Shown piece by piece: positions 43,491 to 56,444 of a stretch of DNA of 64,000 nucleotides. The position numbers and the translations under genes are program-made. The stretch comes from Pseudomonadota bacterium. GTDB lineage: Bacteria > Pseudomonadota > Gammaproteobacteria > Burkholderiales > Methylophilaceae. The notes beneath the pieces are model-generated. The model was not told the origin of the DNA. It did not search any database and worked only from the letters and a program-made list of their open reading frames with translations. Positions within the stretch are counted from its first letter, which is position 1; each line of letters opens with the position of its first letter. Location of the stretch: the NCBI GenBank assembly GCA_040387095.1, contig JAZKEJ010000017.1, positions 57,922 through 121,921 on the forward strand, given 5' to 3'.

Positions 43491-43691
43491 AGTTCGATTT
43501 AAATATAAATCATTTATTTAATATATTCAACTAGTTAAGTAAATTTAACTAGTTTTTAATTAAACACTTTTTTTATTCGACCCGTTCGGGCTATTGATGA
43601 AAACCACCTGCATAACTATTATCGGAACTGTCAAATTTAGTTAGCAAGTTTAGATTCACTTTTTTGGTTTAATTTAATAAGGGGTATTACA

Positions 43692-44267
43692 ATGAAAAAA
43701 ATCTTAGTCGCGTTGGGCTTAACGTTAGCAACAATGTCTGCACACTCAGCCTTGGTATTCAATCCTGGTGCTGGTACTACAGAATCAACAAATCAATTTA
43801 ACGATATTCTTGGTTTAGGTGCAGGTCAAACATTCAGCTATGGCTTCTTATCAGCCGATGTTGGTGATGTTATCACTTTTACTAACTTAATTACTAATGT
43901 TGAAGCAGGATTTAGAAACTTGTTCATCAATGGCAGTGAAGTGCTTAGCAATAAAGCAGGTAATGGTTCATCTTTTTCTTACACAGTTACAGAAGCTGGT
44001 AACTTAGATTTCAAATTCGTGTCTCAAGGTGGGTTTGAAGATTTAAATGGTTCACGTAACATTGCTGTAATTGGTGGTTTGTTTGGCAATGATTTTGTGC
44101 TGTTGTTAGATGACTCATTCGTAACACACAGAGATTTCGATGACCACGCAGTTGGTGTAAATGATGCAGTAAGCGCAGTTCCAGTTCCAGCTGCATTGCC
44201 ATTAATGGCTTCTGCATTAGGTGCTTTCGGTATTGCACGTCGTCGTAACAAAGCAAAAGCTGTTTAA
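43692..44267 (+). CDS. VPLPA-CTERM (PEP-CTERM class) exosortase-sorted surface protein
   Basis: Signal peptide; C-terminal VPVPAALPL + TM + RRRNK; DFDD motif before the sorting signal. Confidence 0.9.
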   Translation: MKKILVALGLTLATMSAHSALVFNPGAGTTESTNQFNDILGLGAGQTFSYGFLSADVGDVITFTNLITNVEAGFRNLFINGSEVLSNKAGNGSSFSYTVTEAGNLDFKFVSQGGFEDLNGSRNIAVIGGLFGNDFVLLLDDSFVTHRDFDDHAVGVNDAVSAVPVPAALPLMASALGAFGIARRRNKAKAV

Positions 44268-44288
44268 TTCACATTAAACAAGTTTCGT

Positions 44289-44316
44289 AAAAAAGCCTCC
44301 ATTAGGAGGCTTTTTT
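44289..44316. terminator. Bidirectional intrinsic terminator
   Basis: AAAAAAGCCTCC-ATTA-GGAGGCTTTTTT. Confidence 0.9.
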
Positions 44317-44345
44317 ATTGCTGGTCATAGACGCGTTAGGGTAAT

Positions 44346-44990
44346 TCAATTGTATAGCTGGCTTTTAACAATATAGTTAGCAACACTTTGTGGCGTTAAA
44401 TAACGCGGGGATTGTTTTAACTTACAGGTATTCCTGATGGCAGTAGATGAAATATTAAGTGCCGTAATTGCTTGCATGTGAATAAATCCAGCGTTTTGAC
44501 TGCTTAAGTCATTTACTGTTTCAGTGTAATGATTTTGCAAAAGTAACGCCAATTCATCCGCCAAAGATGCTTGATTTGCAGATGTAGCCGGCCTTTGTAC
44601 TAAGACTATATGGCAATAGTCCAATATTTCTTGCCAGCGATGCCAAGTATTTAATTTGGTAAATGCATCGCTTCCCATCATTAAACACAGCGTTGCTTCA
44701 GCATCGACTTCAGATCGCAGTGAAATCAAAGTATCAATGGTATAAGAAGCACCTTCACGATTCAATTCACGCGTGTCCAGTCTAAATAAGGGGTTGTCTG
44801 CAATGGCGAGTTGCACCATTGCTGCGCGATTTTTAGCGGAAGCTTGAGGTGGATCTTTATGGGGTGGGTTTGCGGCAGGAATAAACCGCACTTCATTTAA
44901 TTCTAGGGCATCTGCAATTTCTTGCGCCATGCGCAAATGGCCGAAATGGATAGGATTAAACGTACCGCCCAAAATGCCAATAAGTTGCAT
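44346..44990 (-). CDS. nadD: Nicotinate-nucleotide adenylyltransferase
   Basis: GGTFNPIHFGH, SYTIDTL, ISSTAIR. Confidence 0.97.
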   Translation of the reverse strand: MQLIGILGGTFNPIHFGHLRMAQEIADALELNEVRFIPAANPPHKDPPQASAKNRAAMVQLAIADNPLFRLDTRELNREGASYTIDTLISLRSEVDAEATLCLMMGSDAFTKLNTWHRWQEILDYCHIVLVQRPATSANQASLADELALLLQNHYTETVNDLSSQNAGFIHMQAITALNISSTAIRNTCKLKQSPRYLTPQSVANYIVKSQLYN

Positions 44991-45011
44991 ACAGCGAATT
45001 AAATGCTAATG

Positions 45012-46268
45012 TTAAGCGCGTGTTTGGCCATCGCCTAATACAATATATTTAAGCGAAGTTAAGCCTTCTAAACCAACAGGTCCACGCGCATGCAGTTTGT
45101 CGGTTGAAATGCCAATCTCTGCACCCAAGCCATATTCAAAACCATCTGCGAATCTAGTGGATGCATTTACCATCACAGAACTGGAATCCACTTCACGCAG
45201 AAATCTCCTCGCTTTTGTGTAATTCTCAGTCACAATCGCTTCAGTATGCTGGCTTGAGTATTGGTTAATATGCGCAATGGCTTCATCCAGATCGCTCACT
45301 ACTTTACAAGAAATAATCGCAGCTAAATATTCCGTATAAAAGTCTTCTTCAGCGGCCGCTTTAGCTTCAGGTACTAATGCAAGCGTTTCCGCGCAACCAC
45401 GAATTTCAATCCCATTTTCGATTAACATGGCAGCAAGCTGCGGCAGCATGGTTTTGGCAACAGGTCGCGCAACCAATAGTGATTCTGCCGTGTTGCAAGT
45501 ACCTAAGCGCTGCGTTTTGCTATTTTCTAGAATAGGCAATGCCTTGGCTAAATCGGCCTCGTCATCTATATAGACATGGCAGTTACCATCCAAATGCTTG
45601 ATGACGGGTATGCGCGCATCATTCGAAATGCGCTCAATTAAGCCTTTTCCACCGCGTGGCACAATGACATCCACATATTGTTTCATGGTAATCAATTCAC
45701 CCACAGCGGCACGATCGGTCGTTTCAATGACTTGCACTGCTGATATGGGTAAGCCTGCTTTTTCTAAGCCTTCATGCACCAGTTTTGCAAGTGCCTGATT
45801 ACAATGGATCGCCTCAGAACCGCCACGTAAAATAGCCGCATTACCTGATTTAATACATAAACCAGCAGCATCAATTGTTACATTGGGGCGTGCCTCGTAG
45901 ATAATACCAATGACGCCCAATGGCACACGCATTTGGCCAATTTGAATGCCGCTTGGCCTATATTTAAAATTGCTCATCTCGCCAATCGGGTCGGCTAAAT
46001 TGGCAATTTGCTGCAAACCTTCTGCCATAGTTAAAATAGATTTTTCTGATAATGTTAATCTATCTAACATTGCATCATCTAAACCATTAGCACGTGCGGC
46101 GGCTAAATCTTGTTGATTAGCAGCGATTAATACAGATTTTTCACGCAAAATGGCGCTGGCAATGTGTAAAAGTGCTTGGTTTTTGGTATTGGTATCGGCA
46201 GCAGCCATCAGTCGTGATGCGGTACGTGCGTTAATGCCAACCATTTGCATGTATTTTTTAATGTCCAT
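45012..46268 (-). CDS. proA: Gamma-glutamyl phosphate reductase
   Basis: [37 protein letters not shown]. Confidence 0.98.
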   Translation of the reverse strand: MDIKKYMQMVGINARTASRLMAAADTNTKNQALLHIASAILREKSVLIAANQQDLAAARANGLDDAMLDRLTLSEKSILTMAEGLQQIANLADPIGEMSNFKYRPSGIQIGQMRVPLGVIGIIYEARPNVTIDAAGLCIKSGNAAILRGGSEAIHCNQALAKLVHEGLEKAGLPISAVQVIETTDRAAVGELITMKQYVDVIVPRGGKGLIERISNDARIPVIKHLDGNCHVYIDDEADLAKALPILENSKTQRLGTCNTAESLLVARPVAKTMLPQLAAMLIENGIEIRGCAETLALVPEAKAAAEEDFYTEYLAAIISCKVVSDLDEAIAHINQYSSQHTEAIVTENYTKARRFLREVDSSSVMVNASTRFADGFEYGLGAEIGISTDKLHARGPVGLEGLTSLKYIVLGDGQTRA

Positions 46269-46321
46269 AGTCAGGCATTATACGTTTTTGCTAGAAAGTA
46301 GACTAGCGAGTGTAATCAGAG

Positions 46322-47338
46322 TTATTTAACAGCGCGTACTTTGGCAAGCCCAAAGCAAAGTCTGGAAAGTTCTAACCATGCGTCGCCTTCCATCACACCT
46401 TTGGCGGTCTTATCAATATCACACAGTTTTTGCAGTGCCGCTTCCATTTGACGCAGGCTTAAGCGGCTTAATGCGCGCTTGATTAAATTCTGCCTATCGC
46501 CATAAATGCGTGCATTATTCATGGCTGTCATGATATTTTCTTTGCGGGCTTCTGCTTGTTTAATTCGCACCAGTGGACGCAGTACCCACATAAGTGGGCT
46601 CATGACCGCAACTACGTTCTCACCTTCGTCTTTCAAGCCTTGCAAAATACTCATGACACGTGCCTTGTCGCCCATCAACACGGCATCACCTAATTGAAAG
46701 GCGTCAAAGCGTGATACATTCAGCACGGCCTCACGCACCGCTTCATGACTGATTTCACCCGCAGGATATAAAAGCCCAAGTTTTTGAATTTCCTGATGCG
46801 CTGCCAGCAAATTGCCTTCTACTTGATGCGCAATAAAAGCTAATGAAATAGCATCGGTGGATTGATTTTGCAATGCTAATCTGGCAGCAAGCCATTGTGG
46901 CAGGTGGGCTGGTGAAATTTCTTTTAAATCAATCACTACACTCACTTTTTGCAATACACCAAACCAGGCGCTGTTTTTGGCATCGCGTTCTAATGTAGGC
47001 AATACAATAATGGTGGTTGTGTCAGCGATTAAGTTAGCACTTAGTTCTGTCAGTGCTTTACCGCCATCTACGCCTGGCTTTCCGTTTGGAATATGAATTT
47101 CTAATATGCGCTTTGCAGAAAATAGCGACATAGACTGTGAAAACTGGTTAATTTGTTGCCAATTAAAATTGCGCTCTACAATAAAACTACTGCGCTCGTC
47201 TGCGCCCGCCTGACGCGCTGATTCGCGTATGCTATCTAGGCACTCGCTCAATGCCAGCGGCTCATCACCCACCAATACATAAATTGGCGCTAATGTTTTA
47301 GTCAGATGTTGTTTAAGCTGGTCTGAATCTAACTGCAT
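46322..47338 (-). CDS. holA: DNA polymerase III delta subunit
   Basis: GDEPL, MSLFS, VEGNLLAAHQEIQKL; leuS-lptE-holA order. Confidence 0.95.
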   Translation of the reverse strand: MQLDSDQLKQHLTKTLAPIYVLVGDEPLALSECLDSIRESARQAGADERSSFIVERNFNWQQINQFSQSMSLFSAKRILEIHIPNGKPGVDGGKALTELSANLIADTTTIIVLPTLERDAKNSAWFGVLQKVSVVIDLKEISPAHLPQWLAARLALQNQSTDAISLAFIAHQVEGNLLAAHQEIQKLGLLYPAGEISHEAVREAVLNVSRFDAFQLGDAVLMGDKARVMSILQGLKDEGENVVAVMSPLMWVLRPLVRIKQAEARKENIMTAMNNARIYGDRQNLIKRALSRLSLRQMEAALQKLCDIDKTAKGVMEGDAWLELSRLCFGLAKVRAVK

Positions 47339-47348
47339 TTTCGCAAGC

Positions 47349-47858
47349 TTACTTTTTAAGCGTTGATAATCGACGTATAAGATTACTTAACACATCCGCC
47401 TGCATGTTTTCATTTAAGCGCTTTTCCTCACCTTGTTTGGCGAGCAAATTTGCATCACTGTAGGAAAAATCACGGCGTGCTTCAATAGTCTGTACTGGGC
47501 TCCAAAGTTCTGCGTCCGCTTTTTTTGTACGGTAATGTATGCGATAGAACAATTCAAACTCATTAACCAAGCCACGACCACTTAATGACAAAATGCGTTT
47601 TTCACTTTCCTCACCCATCAGGTCGAGCAAAATGTCTGCATTTTCGCTGCTATTTAATACCTCAATATCATTTGTTTTCAGTGCTTTAAGCAGATTTTTT
47701 GAAATAGTTAAGGTGCTGCCTTGAATAAATATACTGCTAAAAGCCAAGCTTGCAGAGCCGCGTAGCTGAAAACCGCATGCGACCAAACTGCTCATCAAGC
47801 ACAAGCAAAGCAATATGCGTAAAGATTTATAAGGGCTGTATGTTGTAAAGAGATTCAA
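47349..47858 (-). CDS. lptE: LPS assembly lipoprotein LptE
   Basis: Lipobox LVACGFQLRG; position between leuS and holA. Confidence 0.93.
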   Translation of the reverse strand: MNLFTTYSPYKSLRILLCLCLMSSLVACGFQLRGSASLAFSSIFIQGSTLTISKNLLKALKTNDIEVLNSSENADILLDLMGEESEKRILSLSGRGLVNEFELFYRIHYRTKKADAELWSPVQTIEARRDFSYSDANLLAKQGEEKRLNENMQADVLSNLIRRLSTLKK

Positions 47859-47861
47859 GTT

Positions 47862-50312
<2,451 letters not shown>

Positions 50313-50529
50313 TTAAGTTGGTTGTCTTAAATAGGAATAGCGAAATTATACTTGAAGGCATAGGCTTTCGCATTGCCTGTATTGGCGTTAGTCAGCTAAT
50401 CGATTGCAAAAATCGATTGAAGGATCGCACAGAATTTACGATGAATATTAGGTGGCTGAATTTTTAAGCTAACTTCCCCATTAACATTTGATTAACGCGG
50501 AAGTTAAGCCAAGGTGAGTATATTGAAAC

Positions 50530-51015
50530 TTATTTTTGGCCTGGAAATCTAGTTTCAAGTCTATCTTCCAGCTCGCCAATATAAGCGGAAAGTGAATTTC
50601 CCGATTGGTTAATTGCTTGATTTATTTCGGCATTCAGCACATCAATTTTAGACATAAATGCCGCTTTTAACTCGGCTTGTGCAGCGGCTTGTTTTTGAAT
50701 TTCGGCATCCATAAATTGGCGTAACTCAGTAAAGCGTGACGCTTCTGCTTTGTCAGCTAATTCGCGATTGGTTTGTAATTCTTTGGCATGGCGGCGCGCC
50801 TCAAACAAAACGGAGGTTTGCAGGTAAACGATAAAGATAAGAAACAATGCAGTCAGCACAGCGATCATGCCCAGCATTACCAAGCCGAGTGGCGCATTCA
50901 CTTCGGCAACACCTAAATTAAGCGTTGTTGGCGCCATAATGGTGCTCCAATTCAGTATCATAAATACTAAAATTAATCCCAAAACTCCTAGTAAAACTAA
51001 TGCGCGAACTTTCAT
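50530..51015 (-). CDS. LapA/DUF1049-like two-TM membrane protein with coiled coil
   Basis: Two N-terminal TMs, APLGLVML, ADKAEASRFTELR. Confidence 0.78.
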   Translation of the reverse strand: MKVRALVLLGVLGLILVFMILNWSTIMAPTTLNLGVAEVNAPLGLVMLGMIAVLTALFLIFIVYLQTSVLFEARRHAKELQTNRELADKAEASRFTELRQFMDAEIQKQAAAQAELKAAFMSKIDVLNAEINQAINQSGNSLSAYIGELEDRLETRFPGQK

Positions 51016-51213
51016 GTCGGTTTGTCTCTATTGATTTTAATAATAGCAAAAAACTTTTTTGCTCTATGTGTTTAGTTATTAATACTGTTGACCAAAGTTT
51101 AGTCCTAAATCAATCGAAATTGTTGCAAGTTTAATATCAAAGTAAAAATAGTTAACCTGTATTTAAAGTCAAAAAATGAGTTTTAATCGAATTTAATATG
51201 ACTATACTGAGGT

Positions 51214-51639
51214 TTAATGTGAAATGGCGGATTCCGGCAAGCCGAATATTTTGTCAAACGCCCAAGTGAAGGTGATGGCATAAACAAAAAACATCAGCAA
51301 TAAGCCAATTTCAGCAATAAATGCATCAACAAAAGAAATATCCAGCCAAAATCCCATCAGCGGCACCAACATCATCACCAATCCACCTTCAAAGCCAATG
51401 CCATGTGCAAGGCGCCGCCAAATAGAACGACCTTTAATGATTTGGCGCGATTCCCACTGTTCAAAAATCGCGTTGAAAACGTAATTCCACGCCAATGCAA
51501 TCGTCGACATAATAGCCGCTAAAGTGAGCGCAGATGAAGCAGGAGCATCAAACGCAAGGCCGATGATTGGGCTTGTTAGTAAGATTGCGCCAATTTCATA
51601 GAGCAGAGCTTGAATGACTCTACGGATAATGGGATTCAT
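51214..51639 (-). CDS. PACE (AceI-family) efflux transporter
   Basis: RRVIQALLYE, WNYVFNAIFE, RRLAHGIGFEGG, FTWAFD. Confidence 0.93.
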   Translation of the reverse strand: MNPIIRRVIQALLYEIGAILLTSPIIGLAFDAPASSALTLAAIMSTIALAWNYVFNAIFEQWESRQIIKGRSIWRRLAHGIGFEGGLVMMLVPLMGFWLDISFVDAFIAEIGLLLMFFVYAITFTWAFDKIFGLPESAISH

Positions 51640-51721
51640 ATAGTGATTCTAAAATAGACACCAAAATAATTTAATTTTTTAAGAAATAAATTTAATCATG
51701 GTCTATCCCTATTTATTTGAC

Positions 51722-52327
51722 TTATTTGTTATCAATTACTACACTTTCAAAGATTTTGTTAGCCTTTTCTGCAAGTTGGTTATCTTTATTTGCATCATAG
51801 TATCTATCATAATATCGAAGCTCAACGCCCATACCCTTAAATTTGGCAAAGCCACAAGACAAGAGATATTGTTCGCTCCATTTTTTATCATCATTGCTTA
51901 CCGTCCTAACAGGTTTTGTGTCTTCCAATATGAGATGAACTCTAGCGCAAAGAGGGTTTGCTGGGTCAGCCATTGCCTCTAATGTTCTAATTTTAAATTT
52001 TGAATCCCCCGCATAACCTTTTTCAATATTTCTTTTGATTTGGGAAACGTAAGATGAAATTGGATCCGCAGACGTATCTAGCCGAATTATATAGCCCTCA
52101 ATTTCTTTATTTTCATCGTCGGTTACACCTTTTTTCGTTAAAGATACGCCAGCACCAGAACGTTTTGTGATCCAGCCATCCTCTTCAGGCGGAGTAAATT
52201 TAAGGCCTAATGTACCACCAGTTTTGTCGGTTATTCCAAAAGAAATAGGCTTCTGTATGTTAGTTTCAAGAGTATCTGCCCAAGCATTTATGCTTAATAA
52301 GGTCGCAATAATAATAATATTTTTCAT
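51722..52327 (-). CDS. Hypothetical exported protein
   Basis: Signal peptide MKNIIIIATLLSINAWA from ATG 52327; two Cys; no family recognised. Confidence 0.78.
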   Translation of the reverse strand: MKNIIIIATLLSINAWADTLETNIQKPISFGITDKTGGTLGLKFTPPEEDGWITKRSGAGVSLTKKGVTDDENKEIEGYIIRLDTSADPISSYVSQIKRNIEKGYAGDSKFKIRTLEAMADPANPLCARVHLILEDTKPVRTVSNDDKKWSEQYLLSCGFAKFKGMGVELRYYDRYYDANKDNQLAEKANKIFESVVIDNK

Positions 52328-52538
52328 GGTTTTGATAAGTTCAACAAAAGTGGAGAAAGTAAGTGGTTCAGTTTTAAACATGCCCAACGTAAAGTAGAGC
52401 CCAAAAAAGAACTCAATCTTTTTTGAGGCAATCTGATAATAAAAATTACTTCATTAGAAATAATTTTTATCGATTGGCTGTAAACTTTTAGTACGCCTAT
52501 TTTTTAATAGTCTGTTTTATAAACGCATTTGACTTGAC

Positions 52539-53201
<663 letters not shown>

Positions 53202-53241
53202 CTAGCTTTAAGTTAAGGAGTTTTGGAAAAGGGTAATTATA

Positions 53242-54033
53242 TCAAACAAGGGAATTGCCAACATAGTTGCTGATGGTGACAAATTCGGCAACGCTCAAAT
53301 TTTCGGCGCGCAATTGTGGGTTAATGTTAAGTGCGGCAAAGCCTGTATCATCTAGCAAGCCTTTCAGAGTATTGCGCAATGTTTTGCGGCGCTGACCAAA
53401 TGCCGCCAACACTACTTTGGCAAACAGCTTGGTATCGTTAGCGACAAAAGGCAGCTTGGCATGCGGCACGCAACGCACAAAAGCAGATTCCACTTTTGGC
53501 GCTGGCTCAAACGCTTCCGGCGGCACGGTGATCAAATATTCCATCGCCAGATCATATTGCAACATAACCGAAAGCCTCCCGTATGCTGGTGTAGAAGGTT
53601 GCGCCACCATGCGTTCGACCACTTCTTTTTGCAGCATAAAATGCATGTCGGTAATATGGCTGATGTTTTGTAGCAAATGAAACAAAATAGGGGTGGAAAT
53701 ATTGTATGGCAAGTTGCCTGTTACTCTTAAATTGCTACTCAAACTGGAAAAGTCGAATTTAAGCGCATCTACATTATGAATAGTCAGCGTGTTTTTTGCG
53801 TAAGCGGGTTTTGCATATTCGGTCTGCATCCAAGACACAATATCGCGGTCAATTTCCACTACGTGCAAATGTTCGATTTTTGCTAGAAGGGGTTTGGTTA
53901 ATGCGCCAAGACCAGGCCCAATTTCTACAATGAATTGATTATCTTGTGGATTAATCGCCTCAATTAAACTATTAGTAATGGCTTGGTCGGTTAAAAAATT
54001 TTGACCGAACCTTTTTTTTGCGACGTGTTTCAT
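53242..54033 (-). CDS. rsmA: 16S rRNA dimethyltransferase RsmA/KsgA
   Basis: KRFGQNFL, EIGPGLG, NLPYNIST, FGQRRKTLRN. Confidence 0.98.
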   Translation of the reverse strand: MKHVAKKRFGQNFLTDQAITNSLIEAINPQDNQFIVEIGPGLGALTKPLLAKIEHLHVVEIDRDIVSWMQTEYAKPAYAKNTLTIHNVDALKFDFSSLSSNLRVTGNLPYNISTPILFHLLQNISHITDMHFMLQKEVVERMVAQPSTPAYGRLSVMLQYDLAMEYLITVPPEAFEPAPKVESAFVRCVPHAKLPFVANDTKLFAKVVLAAFGQRRKTLRNTLKGLLDDTGFAALNINPQLRAENLSVAEFVTISNYVGNSLV

Positions 54034-54042
54034 TGATGTGAC

Positions 54043-55041
54043 TTACCTTTTAACACGATGGCCTGCTAATTCTATGGCTAAGTTGATAGCACTTAACATG
54101 CTGCCGATATCAATATTGCCTGTGCCCGCCAAGTCTAACGCTGTTCCGTGATCGACCGATGTGCGGATAATTGGCAGCCCAAGCGTCACATTGACGCCTT
54201 CTCCAAAACTGGCGTGTTTCAGCACAGGCAATCCTTGGTCGTGATACATCGTCAGCACCGCATCTGCTTTGTTTAAATGGTGCTTGGTAAATAAGGTATC
54301 AGCAGGCAGCGCGCCAATCAATTGCATACCTTCATCGCGCAATTGATTTAATACTGGGTTGATAATCTCAATTTCTTCACGCCCCAAATAACCGTCTTCA
54401 CCCGCATGTGGATTAAGTCCAGCTACCAGAATGCGCGGGTGAGTTAAGCCAAATTTGGTGACCAAATCGTGATGCAAAATGCGAATCGTTTGCGCTAAAC
54501 TTTTTTTAGTAATGGCTGCGGGCACGTCTTTTAAGGCTAAATGAATAGTTGCCAGTGCAATTTTTAAACCGCCACCTACCAACATCATCACTACTTGGGG
54601 CGTTTTGGTGTATTCCGCTAAAAATTCGGTGTGGCCAGTAAACGCAATGCCAGCATCATTAATCACGCCTTTATGCACGGGCGCGGTGACGATTGCATCA
54701 AACGCACCGCTTAATGTGCCATCCAATGCACAGGTCAACGTATTGAGTACATATTGGCTATTAACCGCATTTAATGTGCCAGCTTTAACGCCTGCAGCGG
54801 TGGGGATGTGCAGTATTTTTAGTGACGGTTTTTGCTGCAAACGTGCGTTCTGGGTTAACGCATATGGCTCAATATCCATTTTGATATTGAGTTGCTGTGC
54901 ACGGTTTTTTAAGACATCGATATCACCAATCACGGTAATATCCGCCGCAATATCCAATTGCGACAGCAGCACGCAAATGTCAGGGCCAATACCAGCAGGT
55001 TCGCCAGAAGTGATTGCGATGCGAGGTAGTAGATTACTCAA
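54043..55041 (-). CDS. pdxA: 4-hydroxythreonine-4-phosphate dehydrogenase
   Basis: GEPAGIGPD, GHTEF, NPHAGE, MYHDQGL, RTSVDHGTA. Confidence 0.98.
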   Translation of the reverse strand: MSNLLPRIAITSGEPAGIGPDICVLLSQLDIAADITVIGDIDVLKNRAQQLNIKMDIEPYALTQNARLQQKPSLKILHIPTAAGVKAGTLNAVNSQYVLNTLTCALDGTLSGAFDAIVTAPVHKGVINDAGIAFTGHTEFLAEYTKTPQVVMMLVGGGLKIALATIHLALKDVPAAITKKSLAQTIRILHHDLVTKFGLTHPRILVAGLNPHAGEDGYLGREEIEIINPVLNQLRDEGMQLIGALPADTLFTKHHLNKADAVLTMYHDQGLPVLKHASFGEGVNVTLGLPIIRTSVDHGTALDLAGTGNIDIGSMLSAINLAIELAGHRVKR

Positions 55042-55060
55042 AGCAATTTAGCATTCAAAT

Positions 55061-55115
55061 AATTGAAATAACTATACTTAAAATATAGCACTTGAAAATA
55101 GTACTTGAAATATAG
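55061..55115. repeat. Short degenerate ~14-bp tandem repeat between surA and pdxA
   Basis: TACTTAAAATATAG / CACTTGAAAATAG / TACTTGAAATATAG plus a partial copy. Confidence 0.6.
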
Positions 55116-55118
55116 TGT

Positions 55119-56444
55119 TTAGAATTTATCTTCTAAACGCAACTCAACGAATGCACGGTCGCGTAGTTCGCGTATCCAATCTTGGTAAGCTTCATCCGAT
55201 TTACGTGCGCGGATCTCTTGGCGTGCTTTTAGTCTGGTCGCTTCTTTGCTCATGTCTTGCTTGCGACGCTCTAATACTTGGATAATATGCCAGCCAAATG
55301 GTGAACGCACAGGCTCACTAATTTCATTAATCGCTAGTTCATTCATAGCGGTTTCAAATTGCGGTACGGTATCGCCTGGGTTAACCCAGCCTAAATCACC
55401 ACCATTATTCGCGCTGCCATCTTCCGAATATTGGCGCGCCAACTCTTCAAACTTAACGCCATTATCCAAACGCTCTTTAATACTATCCATTTTTTGCTTG
55501 CCATCTTTTTCAGAAACCACCTCGGTTAATTTGATTAAGATGTGCCGTGCATGAGTTTGATCAACCATTAGAGAAATCTCACCACCTCGGCGATTGGTAA
55601 GCTTTAAAATATGAAATCCGTTGGGGCTGCGAATCGGCTTTGAAACTTCGCCCACCTGCATCGGCTTAAGGGTATCTAAAAATAAAGCAGGAAGTTGAGT
55701 GCCTTTTTTCCAGCCCATTTTTCCGCCTTCAAAGGCGTTTGGCGTATCAGAGTAATTAGCAGAAACCTCTGTAAAATCTTTGCCATCTGCCAATTCTTTT
55801 AGCACAGCTTCAGTTTTTGTGCGTAGTTTTTGTATATCTTCCGGTGAACTGTCTTCCGGTGCGCGGATTAAAATGTGTGAGATTTCAAACTCATCCTGGT
55901 CATCACCCCGATTGGCTTGAGTCGTTAAAAAGTTATCAATTTCGCCATCTGTAACGGTTAACTTATTGTCTACATCGCGCTCGCGCAAGCGTGACATGGT
56001 GATTTCGTTACGAATATCCTCACGGAATAATCTTAATGTTAAACCGTCTTTTTCTAGCGCATCTTTAAATTCGGCGACATCCATTTTATTCTGTGCGGCA
56101 ATACGTTCAATGGTTTTGTCTAAAACAGTATCATCTACTTTAATGCCAGTTTGTGCCGCTAGTTGTAACTGCAGGCTGTCTACAATTAAACGCTCTAAAA
56201 TTTGTTTTTCAAGCACATCTTGAGGCGGTAATTGCGTACCTTGTTTTTGTAATTGTGCTGAAACGGTTTGCATGCGATTGGTGAGTTCCTGTTCCGTAAT
56301 TACACCTTGATCAACGATAGCGATAATACGGTCCATCTTAACTGGCGCGGCAGAATTGGTAGCAGCCAGTGTGATAGATGGAACTAAAAATAGCATTAAA
56401 AACAATAGGTTAAAAATAGCAGTCATTTTTTTGAATAATTTCAT
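55119..56444 (-). CDS. surA: Periplasmic chaperone/PPIase SurA
   Basis: DRIIAIVD N-domain; two parvulin domains (SHILI, ARHILI, GGDLGW); lptD-surA-pdxA-rsmA order. Confidence 0.95.
   Translation of the reverse strand: MKLFKKMTAIFNLLFLMLFLVPSITLAATNSAAPVKMDRIIAIVDQGVITEQELTNRMQTVSAQLQKQGTQLPPQDVLEKQILERLIVDSLQLQLAAQTGIKVDDTVLDKTIERIAAQNKMDVAEFKDALEKDGLTLRLFREDIRNEITMSRLRERDVDNKLTVTDGEIDNFLTTQANRGDDQDEFEISHILIRAPEDSSPEDIQKLRTKTEAVLKELADGKDFTEVSANYSDTPNAFEGGKMGWKKGTQLPALFLDTLKPMQVGEVSKPIRSPNGFHILKLTNRRGGEISLMVDQTHARHILIKLTEVVSEKDGKQKMDSIKERLDNGVKFEELARQYSEDGSANNGGDLGWVNPGDTVPQFETAMNELAINEISEPVRSPFGWHIIQVLERRKQDMSKEATRLKARQEIRARKSDEAYQDWIRELRDRAFVELRLEDKF

Noticed and set aside
50398-50418. AATCGATT-N5-AATCGATT repeat upstream of leuS
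   Set aside because: Short and AT-rich with no supporting context; could be chance
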